Origin: a virus
Lineage: Duplodnaviria; Caudoviricetes
Direction: 5' to 3' (one strand)
IMG/VR virus record: IMGVR_UViG_3300017716_001697
Location: 288,001 to 352,000 of that record
DNA length: 64,000 nt
Positions within the stretch are counted from its first letter, which is position 1, and every line of letters begins with the position of its first letter. The notes beneath the pieces are model-generated. The model was not told where the DNA came from. It saw nothing but the letters and a program-made list of their open reading frames with translations, and ran no database searches. Positions 48,216 to 56,873 of the stretch are shown here, one piece after another. The position numbers and the translations under genes are program-made.

Positions 48216-49924
48216 CATGGAAAAAATTCTTCAAGCCCGTTAATTCGGTCTTACCCGCTGCTCAACGAACAGTTGACAGTACATCTGCTTATGCATCTAC
48301 GGCAAAATATAGTAATTGGTTGCCGGAGGTATATGCCGGTCCACCAGATAGATTACAGAGATATGCTGTATATGATCAGATGAACTATGATCATGAAATT
48401 AGCGCAGCATTGGACACTATTGCAGACTTTGCAACAGATCCAGACGAAGTAACAAAACTTCCACTTGTAATTGAGTACAATGACGAACCTACACCATCAG
48501 AAATTCAGATTCTAGAAAAATCTCTTAATCAGTGGGTTAGGATGAACAAGTTATCTAGACGCCTATGGCGCATGTTTAGGTCAGTATTGGTTTACGGTGA
48601 TCAATTCTTTATTCGCGACCCGGAGACGTTCGAATTATACTGGATTGATCCAGCTAAGGTAGAAAAGGTTATTGTAAACGAAAGCGAAGGTAAGAAGATT
48701 GAAAGCTACTTTGTTAAGGACATTGATCTTAACATGAAGAATCTTGTTGCTACCAATCAGTTAAACAAAGCATCTAATGCCGCTATGGGCGGCAACAGTA
48801 TTGTATTTTCACCACCAATGGCAGGAAATCTAAACTATGTATCTGGTGGCTTTGGCAGTGCAGGCAGCGCCAATTACAAAGATGGTGGTGCAACAGCAGT
48901 GGATGCCGAACATATTGTGCAATTATCGTTAACTGACGGTATGAATGCTGCATGGCCCTTTGGCCTAAGTATTTTAGAGCAAATTTACAAGGTTTACAAG
49001 CAAAAAGAACTACTAGAAGACGCTATTCTTATATATCGTGTACACCGCGCACCAGAGCGTCGTGTATTCTTTATTGACGTAGGTACAATGCCACCTAATA
49101 AGGCGTCACAATACTTAGAGCGCATCCGCTACGAAGTTCAACAGAAGCGTATTCCTAGCCGTACAGGCGGCGGAGCCAACGTTGTTGATTCTACATACAA
49201 CCCTATGTCTATATTAGAAGATTATTTCTTTGCAGTAACTTCTGAGGGTCGCGGCTCTAAAGTCGAAGTATTACCGGGTGGCGAAAACCTAGGTGATATT
49301 GATGACTTGCGTTATTTCAATAACAAGATGCTTCGTGCATTAGGTGTACCTAGTTCTTACTTACCAACAGGCCCAGAAGATGGTACGGCAGCAGTAACAG
49401 ACGGCAAAGTAGGCACGGCATTTATTCAGGAATTTAGGTTTGCTAAGGTTGTAACACGTTATCAGCAACAAATCATTGAACCACTCGATGATGAGTTTAA
49501 GTTATTCATTAAGCATCGTGGTATAACAATCGACAATAGTTTGTTCCAATTGAAATTCACACCTGCGCAATCGTTCTCTGAATATCGTCAGCTTGAATTA
49601 GACGCAGCAAGAATTAATACATTTACTGCGCTTACTGATATTTCGTTTGTATCCAAGAGATTCATTCTTAAGACATATTTAGGATGGACAGAAGAGCAAT
49701 TAGCTGAGAATGAGCGTATGTGGAAAGAAGAACGTAGTCGTCTTACTAAGACATTTGCTCCAGAGGCTAGCGGTGGTGGCAGTGCTACATCGGGACTATC
49801 TGATGTAGGTATTACCAGTTCTGGAATTGACGATATGGCACCTGATGCTGAAGAAGCAGGTGCACCAGCTGATACAGGTGCAGCACCAGTTTCTGATACA
49901 GAAGTAGATAGTTTCGGTAGTTAA
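48212..49924 (+). CDS. gp20: portal protein, T4 gp20-like
   Basis: EISAALD, LEDAILIYRVHRAPERRVFFIDVGTMP, EDYFF..GRGSKVEVLPGG. Confidence 0.92.
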   Translation: MTWKKFFKPVNSVLPAAQRTVDSTSAYASTAKYSNWLPEVYAGPPDRLQRYAVYDQMNYDHEISAALDTIADFATDPDEVTKLPLVIEYNDEPTPSEIQILEKSLNQWVRMNKLSRRLWRMFRSVLVYGDQFFIRDPETFELYWIDPAKVEKVIVNESEGKKIESYFVKDIDLNMKNLVATNQLNKASNAAMGGNSIVFSPPMAGNLNYVSGGFGSAGSANYKDGGATAVDAEHIVQLSLTDGMNAAWPFGLSILEQIYKVYKQKELLEDAILIYRVHRAPERRVFFIDVGTMPPNKASQYLERIRYEVQQKRIPSRTGGGANVVDSTYNPMSILEDYFFAVTSEGRGSKVEVLPGGENLGDIDDLRYFNNKMLRALGVPSSYLPTGPEDGTAAVTDGKVGTAFIQEFRFAKVVTRYQQQIIEPLDDEFKLFIKHRGITIDNSLFQLKFTPAQSFSEYRQLELDAARINTFTALTDISFVSKRFILKTYLGWTEEQLAENERMWKEERSRLTKTFAPEASGGGSATSGLSDVGITSSGIDDMAPDAEEAGAPADTGAAPVSDTEVDSFGS

Positions 49925-49927
49925 TAA

Positions 49928-49935
49928 GATAAATA
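49928..49935 (+). promoter_or_regulatory. putative late promoter GATAAATA
   Basis: Immediately after the portal stop, upstream of the ATT-start ORF. Confidence 0.6.
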
Positions 49936-49966
49936 ATTTATACATTTAGTATTAGAGGCACCCAAA

Positions 49967-50194
49967 ATTAACGCACGCGAATTACTTACAGAATTCTATG
50001 ATCCTGCTGATGATCAACTCGGTAAGGCTGAGCTCGATGATACACGCCGTCCACGATTAACTATGATTCATTTACAGAAACTTAGGAAGTCTCGCGACGT
50101 CGAAAAATACGAAACCGCCCAACATACTAATTTCTTACCAGATATGTATGGTGTATCTGCAGCACCTGCAGATAACGGAATGGGCGGTCTATAA
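49967..50194 (+). CDS. 75-aa head-module protein with ATT start (T4 gp67 position), missed by the ORF track
   Basis: (M)NARELLTEFYDPADDQLGKAELDDTRRPRLTMIHLQKLRKSRDVEKY...GGL*; AGAGG RBS 8 nt before ATT; no ATG/GTG/TTG between in-frame stop 49934 and ATT. Confidence 0.7.
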   Translation: MNARELLTEFYDPADDQLGKAELDDTRRPRLTMIHLQKLRKSRDVEKYETAQHTNFLPDMYGVSAAPADNGMGGL

Positions 50195-50365
50195 AGCAGT
50201 CGTTTATCACGTGTCATGCGTGACTAAATAACTCTATTAGCTTAACAATCAAAAGTGGCGTCTTTTATAGCCATTTCCACCTACATTCTCTCGGTCTATG
50301 TTAAATATCAAGAATACCATTATTTGTGGTTAATTTGAATTTAACAAATCAAGGAGAGATTAGGC

Positions 50366-51382
50366 ATGTCACAACAAAAAAAGCTTGAGCAAGTATTAGA
50401 CCTTCTATTATCAGAAGATTCCGATCGTGCTGCTGAATTACTCCACCAAATTATCGTTGAAAAAGCAAGAACCATCTATGAAAGCATCGTTGACGAAACT
50501 GATGAACCAGAAGATGAAGGCGCTATTAGTGAAGAAGACGACGAAGTTGGTGGCGAACCAGATACAGATTTCACTGATGAAATCTCTGATGATGAAACAG
50601 AAATTGCATCCGACGAAGAAAATGACGGCGAAGCCGATGACTCCGACGAAGACGGTGAATCCGAATTCGGTGGTGACGACGAAGGTGACGACGAAATGGG
50701 CGAAGGTTCGACAGAAGATCGCGTAGAAGATCTAGAGTCGCAACTTGCTGAATTACGTGCTGAATTTGACGCACTTATGGGTGAAGAAATGCAAGAACCT
50801 AATCATGATGATTTAGGTGACGAGTTCGGCGGTGACGACGAGTTCGGCGGTGAGGAAGATATGGGCGGTGACGAGTTCGGCGGTAACGACATGCCTAGCA
50901 TGGGCGGCGAAGAACAAGTAGTTGGCGAAGTTGTAGCAAAATTCATGGAAAAGAAGAAGGCTTCTAAACTTGAAGTAGCTAAACAAGCTAAGAAGGGTGA
51001 CCTTAAGAAGAAAGGCGAAAAGAAAGTAGACGAAGAAACTCAATTCTTGTCTAGAGTAGCCGATACAGGTCAACGCGGTACAGCAAAGTTAGTCGGAACT
51101 GGTAAGGACACACCATTAGGTGCTGAACAAACTAAGTCTTCGTTTACTAATATTCCTGCACGTAAAGACTACGGCGGCAAGCCTTCCAAGATCGGTGGCG
51201 GCACTGGTGGTGAATACGGCAAATACAATGGCGACTCTGCACAAAGCAAGACACCTACAGATAATGTAAATGTCAAGCCTAAGAACTCGTCTGTGAAAGC
51301 CGACACTACAGCTAAGTACACTGGTGGTAAAGTAGCAGGCGAAGGCTTTGCTAAATCCCCATTGTCAAAGAAGCCGGCGTAA
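50366..51382 (+). CDS. acidic prohead core-like protein (T4 gp68 position)
   Basis: 338 aa, very Asp/Glu-rich N-terminal half with DEFGG repeats and basic C-terminal half; between portal and protease. Confidence 0.65.
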   Translation: MSQQKKLEQVLDLLLSEDSDRAAELLHQIIVEKARTIYESIVDETDEPEDEGAISEEDDEVGGEPDTDFTDEISDDETEIASDEENDGEADDSDEDGESEFGGDDEGDDEMGEGSTEDRVEDLESQLAELRAEFDALMGEEMQEPNHDDLGDEFGGDDEFGGEEDMGGDEFGGNDMPSMGGEEQVVGEVVAKFMEKKKASKLEVAKQAKKGDLKKKGEKKVDEETQFLSRVADTGQRGTAKLVGTGKDTPLGAEQTKSSFTNIPARKDYGGKPSKIGGGTGGEYGKYNGDSAQSKTPTDNVNVKPKNSSVKADTTAKYTGGKVAGEGFAKSPLSKKPA

Positions 51383-51397
51383 GGATTGATGTCTATC

Positions 51398-52030
51398 ATG
51401 GCAAATAAACTGTACGAGTTTCTGTCTTTTGACAGGGCACACGTTCAACTTCTTGAAGAAGATAACAAGACTGGTGGTAAAGATCTCTTTATGAAAGGGA
51501 TCTTTATTGAGGGTGATATCAGAAATCAGAACCAGCGCGTTTATCCTAAGGGAGAAATTGCTAGGGCAGTCAATACTATTACAGAAAAATTAAGTACTGG
51601 TCAATCAGTTATGGGAGAGCTCGACCATCCGGAAGAGCTGTCTATTAACCTTGACCGTGTTAGTCACCTTATCACAGAAATGTGGATGGAAGGTGCAAAC
51701 GGATACGGTAAGTTGAAAATTGTCCCGACACCGATGGGAAACATTATTAAGACATTGTTACAATCGGGTGCTAAGTTGGGGGTTTCGTCCCGTGGTTCCG
51801 GTAACGTTGGTGACAACGGTTCAGTTTCGGAATTCGAAATTGTTACTGTTGACATTGTTGCACAACCAAGTGCACCTAATGCGTTTCCGAGAACAGTATA
51901 TGAAAGTCTTTATAACATGAAAGGTGGATCGCGTATAGTAACTACTGCAAAGGAAGCATTATACGAAGCCGCCGCACAGAAACAGCTTGCTAAAGACATT
52001 CAGAGATTTATTCAAGAGTTAAAAATTTAG
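51398..52030 (+). CDS. gp21: prohead protease, T4 gp21-like
   Basis: KGIFIEGDIRNQNQRVYP, GELDHP, RVSH, LGVSSRGSG, VDIVAQPSAPNAF; start could be 51389 or 51398. Confidence 0.92.
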   Translation: MANKLYEFLSFDRAHVQLLEEDNKTGGKDLFMKGIFIEGDIRNQNQRVYPKGEIARAVNTITEKLSTGQSVMGELDHPEELSINLDRVSHLITEMWMEGANGYGKLKIVPTPMGNIIKTLLQSGAKLGVSSRGSGNVGDNGSVSEFEIVTVDIVAQPSAPNAFPRTVYESLYNMKGGSRIVTTAKEALYEAAAQKQLAKDIQRFIQELKI

Positions 52031-52041
52031 GAGAACTCAAG

Positions 52042-53163
52042 ATGGCAAAAAAATTAGATGAACTCTTGAGTGAAAGCGTTGGATTATCCGAAGACACCAA
52101 AACTCAAATTGTGGGGTTATGGGAAGCAAAGATTACCGAAGCTCGTGAAGAAGTAGCTGCAACACTCCGCGAGGAATTTGCACGTAAGTTCGAACACGAC
52201 AAGGGAGTACTTGTTGAGTCTATGGATCGTTTCTTAACAGACAAAGTCCGCGTTGAACTCGAAGAATTCGCCGAAGACAAGAGGAAACTTGTTGCAGAAC
52301 GTATCGCTTACAAGAGCAAAGTCGTTGAACACACAGGAATGCTAAACAAATTCATTACAGAATCCGTAGCTAAAGAGATGAAAGAGTTTTATGCCGAAAA
52401 GAAGGCTATGAAGGAAAACTTCGCAAAACTTGAAAATTTCCTATTGAAGCAACTTGCCGAAGAAATTCGCGAGTTCCGTATTGACAAGAAGTCCTTAGTT
52501 GAACAGAAAGTCAAAATGGTTACTGAAGGTAAGCAGAAACTACAGGAAACAAAGACACAATTCATTAAGCGTGCCGCACAGATTATCGAGTCTAACATTG
52601 AAAAGACTCTGCGTACAGAAATTAGTCAATTCAAGGATGACATTCGTGTTGCCCGTGAGAATGATTTCGGTCGCAAGATTTTTGAAAGCGTAGCTGCTGA
52701 ATTTATGACTTCGTACCTTAGCGAAGGCACTGAGCTCAGAAAGATGCAAAAGATTGTTGAGTCTAAGTCACAAGAAATGAAAGCACTTCAAGACACTGTC
52801 AAGAAGAGCAAACAGCTTGTTGAATCGATGGATTCGAAGTTAAAAACATCACAAGACTTAGTGGTAAGACAAAAGGTTATGAATGAGTTACTTGCTCCAT
52901 TGTCGAAAGACAAGCAAGGGGTAATGAAGGAATTGCTTGAATCGGTTCAGACAAAGAATTTGCAAGGTTCGTACAACAAGTACTTGCCGAGCGTTCTAAA
53001 TGAAGCTGAAACACGTAAATCTGTATCTTCAAAGACACAGTTGAATGAGGCATCATTGTCAGCCAAGACAGGTGACAGAGCGAAGGTCGCTCAAACTAGC
53101 GAAGAACACGAAGTATCGTTAGAACTTAACAGAATCTTAGCCCTAGCCGGCAGAACAAAGTAA
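52042..53163 (+). CDS. gp22: prohead scaffold protein, T4 gp22-like
   Basis: Coiled-coil Glu/Lys-rich 373 aa between protease and capsid; FGRKIFE motif. Confidence 0.8.
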   Translation: MAKKLDELLSESVGLSEDTKTQIVGLWEAKITEAREEVAATLREEFARKFEHDKGVLVESMDRFLTDKVRVELEEFAEDKRKLVAERIAYKSKVVEHTGMLNKFITESVAKEMKEFYAEKKAMKENFAKLENFLLKQLAEEIREFRIDKKSLVEQKVKMVTEGKQKLQETKTQFIKRAAQIIESNIEKTLRTEISQFKDDIRVARENDFGRKIFESVAAEFMTSYLSEGTELRKMQKIVESKSQEMKALQDTVKKSKQLVESMDSKLKTSQDLVVRQKVMNELLAPLSKDKQGVMKELLESVQTKNLQGSYNKYLPSVLNEAETRKSVSSKTQLNEASLSAKTGDRAKVAQTSEEHEVSLELNRILALAGRTK

Positions 53164-53178
53164 TTTAGGAGAAATATA

Positions 53179-54351
53179 ATGGCAACAAAGCTATTTGAAT
53201 CAAACTGGGGCGCTACAAAAGAAGCCCTTTTAGAAGGCCTTACAGGTACTCGCCGTCAGTCCATGGATGTCGTGTTTGAAAACACACGTCGTCACTTGTC
53301 TGAATCGGCAACTGCCGGTGCCACACAAGCGGGTAATATCGCTGTACTTAACAAGGTAATGTTGCCGTTAATCCGTCGTGTCATGCCGACAGTTATCGCT
53401 AACGAAATCATGGGCGTTCAGCCAATGACTGGCCCTGTTGGTCAAATCCACACATTGCGCGTTCGTTATGCGAACACAGCAGCTGGTGTTACAGCCGGTA
53501 CAGAAGCACTTGGTCCATTCGAAATTGCTAAGGCATATTCGGGTAACGAAGTACAAGCTGATCCAGCAGCAGCATCTACAGCACGTATGGAAGGTGTTCC
53601 AGGTAACAAGTTAAGCATCCAAATCTTGAAAGAGACAGTAGAAGCTAAGACACGTAAGTTATCTGCACGTTGGACATTTGAAGCAGCTCAAGATGCTAAT
53701 GCTATTCATGGTATTGACATCGAAGCCGAAATCATGCAAGCACTTGCACAAGAAATCACAGTTGAAATCGACCAGGAAATGATCTACCGTTTAGGTAGCT
53801 TGGTTCCAGTTGCTCCAACAACATTCAATCAAGCCGCTGTATCTGGTACAGCAACTTACGTTGGTGACGAAATGGCTGCTCTTGCAGTTATGATTAACCA
53901 ACAAGCTAACTTGATCGCTTCCCGCACACGTCGTGGTGCAGCTAACTGGGCAGTTGTTTCGCCAACAGCGTTGACAATTCTTCAGTCTGCTACAACATCT
54001 TCGTTTGCACGTACTACAGAAGGTACATTCGAAGCACCTACAAACACAAAGTTTGTTGGTACATTGAACAGCACAATGCGTGTTTATGTTAACCAGTACG
54101 CTGGCGATGGCGAAGCTATTTTGTTAGGTTATAAAGGCCCAACAGAAACAGACGCAGCAGCTTACTACTGCCCATACATTCCATTGATGAGCGTTGGTCC
54201 AGTTATGGATCCACAGACTTTCGAGCCTGTAGTTTCGTTCATGACACGTTATGGTTACCTTGAATTGACTAACACAGCAAACAGCTTCGGTAACGCAGCT
54301 GACTACTTGTCTAAGGTCGGTATCAACAGCGCAACATTGAAGTTCTATTGA
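53179..54351 (+). CDS. gp23: major capsid protein, T4 gp23-like
   Basis: LIRRVMPTVIANEIMGVQPMTGPVGQIHTLR, KTRKLSARWTFEAAQD, YCPYIPL, FMTRYG. Confidence 0.95.
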   Translation: MATKLFESNWGATKEALLEGLTGTRRQSMDVVFENTRRHLSESATAGATQAGNIAVLNKVMLPLIRRVMPTVIANEIMGVQPMTGPVGQIHTLRVRYANTAAGVTAGTEALGPFEIAKAYSGNEVQADPAAASTARMEGVPGNKLSIQILKETVEAKTRKLSARWTFEAAQDANAIHGIDIEAEIMQALAQEITVEIDQEMIYRLGSLVPVAPTTFNQAAVSGTATYVGDEMAALAVMINQQANLIASRTRRGAANWAVVSPTALTILQSATTSSFARTTEGTFEAPTNTKFVGTLNSTMRVYVNQYAGDGEAILLGYKGPTETDAAAYYCPYIPLMSVGPVMDPQTFEPVVSFMTRYGYLELTNTANSFGNAADYLSKVGINSATLKFY

Positions 54352-54393
54352 TCCAAACGGGTTGCTTGCAACCCTTTGTATATAGAAAATAAG

Positions 54394-54420
54394 AAGCACC
54401 TTTCGGGGTGCTTTTTCTTT
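54394..54420 (+). terminator. intrinsic terminator after the major capsid gene
   Basis: AAGCACCT-TTCG-GGGTGCTT stem-loop followed by TTTCTTT. Confidence 0.85.
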
Positions 54421-54443
54421 GGCTATTATATCTTTGATTTTAT

Positions 54444-54451
54444 GATAAATA
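54444..54451 (+). promoter_or_regulatory. putative late promoter GATAAATA
   Basis: After the capsid terminator, upstream of 54474; 16 nt identical to the site at 61948. Confidence 0.65.
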
Positions 54452-54473
54452 TACGAAGTAGCAGGAATATTAA

Positions 54474-54989
54474 ATGACACAACAAATTAAAGTTCAAGAT
54501 GGTAAACTAGTTTACGGTAACACAGATCCGCAGTTACCAGTGGACGTTGATGTAATTGGTAATGTAAACATACAGAATGCATTTACTATAGGAAGCGCAA
54601 CATTTGAGGATGCTACGTTAACGACTGCTGATGCTTTGGTTGCACCGGGCGCAGATTTAGAAATAACGACAGGTACTAATGGGTCGCTCAGTATACATCA
54701 AAACGCCGTGGGCGGCACGCTATTATTTAATAACGTTCAGTGGCCCACTGGGGTAATTACACCTGTCCCGGGCATGTTTGTAGGAGTGTCTGGTTTAAAT
54801 ACGTTAGAGTACTTTCCGTTTATAATGGGTTATGAATCAAACGATGCATTAACTCTAAGCGAATTAAACTCTACATATCCTGCTGCCCAACCAGGTCAGT
54901 ATGTTGTTTCTGCCAATGTTATATATTTTTGTGTAAGTGCCGGAGAGTGGAGAATAATAGCTACTACTCTACCACTTAATCCTACTTAA
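54474..54989 (+). CDS. hypothetical (possibly virion) protein
   Basis: 171 aa, AGGA RBS, late promoter upstream. Confidence 0.6.
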   Translation: MTQQIKVQDGKLVYGNTDPQLPVDVDVIGNVNIQNAFTIGSATFEDATLTTADALVAPGADLEITTGTNGSLSIHQNAVGGTLLFNNVQWPTGVITPVPGMFVGVSGLNTLEYFPFIMGYESNDALTLSELNSTYPAAQPGQYVVSANVIYFCVSAGEWRIIATTLPLNPT

Positions 54990-55409
54990 TTATTTCGTAT
55001 GCTGGCTTAGCATAAGTTTAATCTTCTCTGTTGCCTTAAGATTACAAAAGCTTATTCTTGCACCTTGGTGCATTGGTTTAGGCCACTCACCTAGGTCTAT
55101 CCAGCAATAGCCACAACTCTCGGCGTTAAGTATAGGTACAAATTCGTCTTCGACAATGCATACGAACGAATAATATTTGAAGTGTTTATCTCTACTTTGG
55201 TAAACATCGAACGGGTATATTTTTTCTATATCGGGCACGAATCCCATTTCCTCAGACAATTCCCTGAGTAATGCATCTTTTGGTTGTTCGCCGTGTTCGA
55301 CCATGCCACCCCAGACTGCCCAGCACATAGGGTGCGTCTTGTGAGTGGCTCTTAAGTTTAAGAGCACTCTATTTGTTTTTGTTGACACAAATAGAGTGCC
55401 TACACCCAT
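54990..55409 (-). CDS. NUDIX hydrolase
   Basis: Nudix box GGMVEHGEQPKDALLRELSEEMG; likely start MGVGTL at 55409 just after the upstream stop. Confidence 0.85.
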   Translation of the reverse strand: MGVGTLFVSTKTNRVLLNLRATHKTHPMCWAVWGGMVEHGEQPKDALLRELSEEMGFVPDIEKIYPFDVYQSRDKHFKYYSFVCIVEDEFVPILNAESCGYCWIDLGEWPKPMHQGARISFCNLKATEKIKLMLSQHTK

Positions 55410-55410
55410 T

Positions 55411-56856
55411 TTATTCGTATATTGAGATTGGGAGTCCATTAGGTACCTGAATTATGTTATCTATTCTCCAATACCCCGGCGAATATACACCGTAATATGT
55501 ATATGACCAATTTGTTCCATCGAACGTATACTGAGAACTATTTGAGTTATTTACTACATAATTTAAACCTGTTGCAGTTCGTGAATCAAAAATGACTACC
55601 CATGTGCTTCCATTAAACTCTATAATGTCATTTGGGTAGGCAACAATTGTTACGCCCCACGGACTACCGACAACGCCTGGCGGTATAGCAGGTTCTTCGC
55701 CTGCGCTGTCTGCAGATGTTAACAAATACCTTTGCCCTGGTGCTGCTAGTGGCAATCCACTACCAGGTGTTATTTCGGTAGGATCAATAATCGAATCAAT
55801 CGGCATGATAGTTGTAGGTGGCAACGTGTCGATGTCTGGTGTGAAAATAAGCACGTTTTGACGCATAGGGTCTTGTGCGATTCCGCCGATAACATCAGAA
55901 TCGCTGACATCTATGTTAGGGTTTAATTTTAGCCGAATTTTGGTGATATTAGGGTCTATCTGCCCGTATATTTGTATGAGGTTCTGCCAGCTTTGTATAG
56001 GTTGAACATTGCCTGCTTGGTTCAGCAATGTGATTTCGTCAACTGCACCAACTCTTGCTACGGATACCTTATAATTTCCTTCAGTAGTAATGAGTTGTGA
56101 CGGTATACCAGAGAAACATGTTTTAAAAATATCATAATCGCCGTCTAATGTTGCTTCTAGATTTTGCACATCTTCAACTTCATAGATGTTAGTAACAATT
56201 TCAGCAATGATTCCGCTCTTCTTAACTTTAGCAGGTGGATTGATCCAAATAGGTACTTTAAATTTCCATGTCATTACATCACGTACTGTATCACCACTTT
56301 GCGGAATTGCGCGATTAGACCATGTAAATTCTTCCATCCATACTTCAAAGATACTTGTCCAATCTAATAGATTACTATTCTGCTGTAATTGCACTGACGG
56401 ATTGAATATGGAATTAATCTGTTCCATAACCTGTAATTTGTTTGTTGTGTTTGTTGTCCAGCAATCTAATTTGAAATACATATCATACGGCACTGGCATA
56501 TAACGATCAACATCATATCTTATCCCCGGCCCGTCACCGTATGTGTTTGTATCTTTATCGAATTCTCTTTCGACAGTCGACACCTTACCTACAAACTGGG
56601 AATCTTGTCTCCTGTTTGGTGCCATGCGTATGCTATCAATGTACACACTGAACATAGGAGAAGGCATAACAGTGTTGTCACTAGCACCTTTAATTAGTTG
56701 TGCAACCATGTATGATGGGTCACCGTACAGCAATGGTATGCGAGTAATAGAATACAAACCATTGGCATCTGGGCCATTTCTAACTTTTATGTCAGAAAAA
56801 ATTCGCATAAATTGCAGCAGGTAACGCCTGTGCTGAGAATCGTAAAAAAAATCTAT
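55411..56856 (-). CDS. gp15: tail terminator / sheath stabiliser, T4 gp15-like, with ATA start
   Basis: RIPLLYGD, MPSPMFS, MPVPYD, KLQVMEQI..IFNPS motifs; frame extends 16 codons above the track ATG as (M)DFFYDSQHRRYLLQF to ATA at 56856. Confidence 0.65.
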   Translation of the reverse strand: MDFFYDSQHRRYLLQFMRIFSDIKVRNGPDANGLYSITRIPLLYGDPSYMVAQLIKGASDNTVMPSPMFSVYIDSIRMAPNRRQDSQFVGKVSTVEREFDKDTNTYGDGPGIRYDVDRYMPVPYDMYFKLDCWTTNTTNKLQVMEQINSIFNPSVQLQQNSNLLDWTSIFEVWMEEFTWSNRAIPQSGDTVRDVMTWKFKVPIWINPPAKVKKSGIIAEIVTNIYEVEDVQNLEATLDGDYDIFKTCFSGIPSQLITTEGNYKVSVARVGAVDEITLLNQAGNVQPIQSWQNLIQIYGQIDPNITKIRLKLNPNIDVSDSDVIGGIAQDPMRQNVLIFTPDIDTLPPTTIMPIDSIIDPTEITPGSGLPLAAPGQRYLLTSADSAGEEPAIPPGVVGSPWGVTIVAYPNDIIEFNGSTWVVIFDSRTATGLNYVVNNSNSSQYTFDGTNWSYTYYGVYSPGYWRIDNIIQVPNGLPISIYE

Positions 56857-56873
56857 TTTGGGTGCCTCTTTAT

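Noticed and set aside
50810-50890. GACGAGTTCGGCGGT short tandem repeats
   Set aside because: They encode DEFGG repeats of the acidic core-like protein; the spacers are too short and in frame for a CRISPR-like array
54359-54374. GGGTTG-CTTG-CAACCC hairpin after the capsid stop as a separate RNA element
   Set aside because: Short stem directly before a clear terminator; most simply a 3' UTR stabilising hairpin, with no further support
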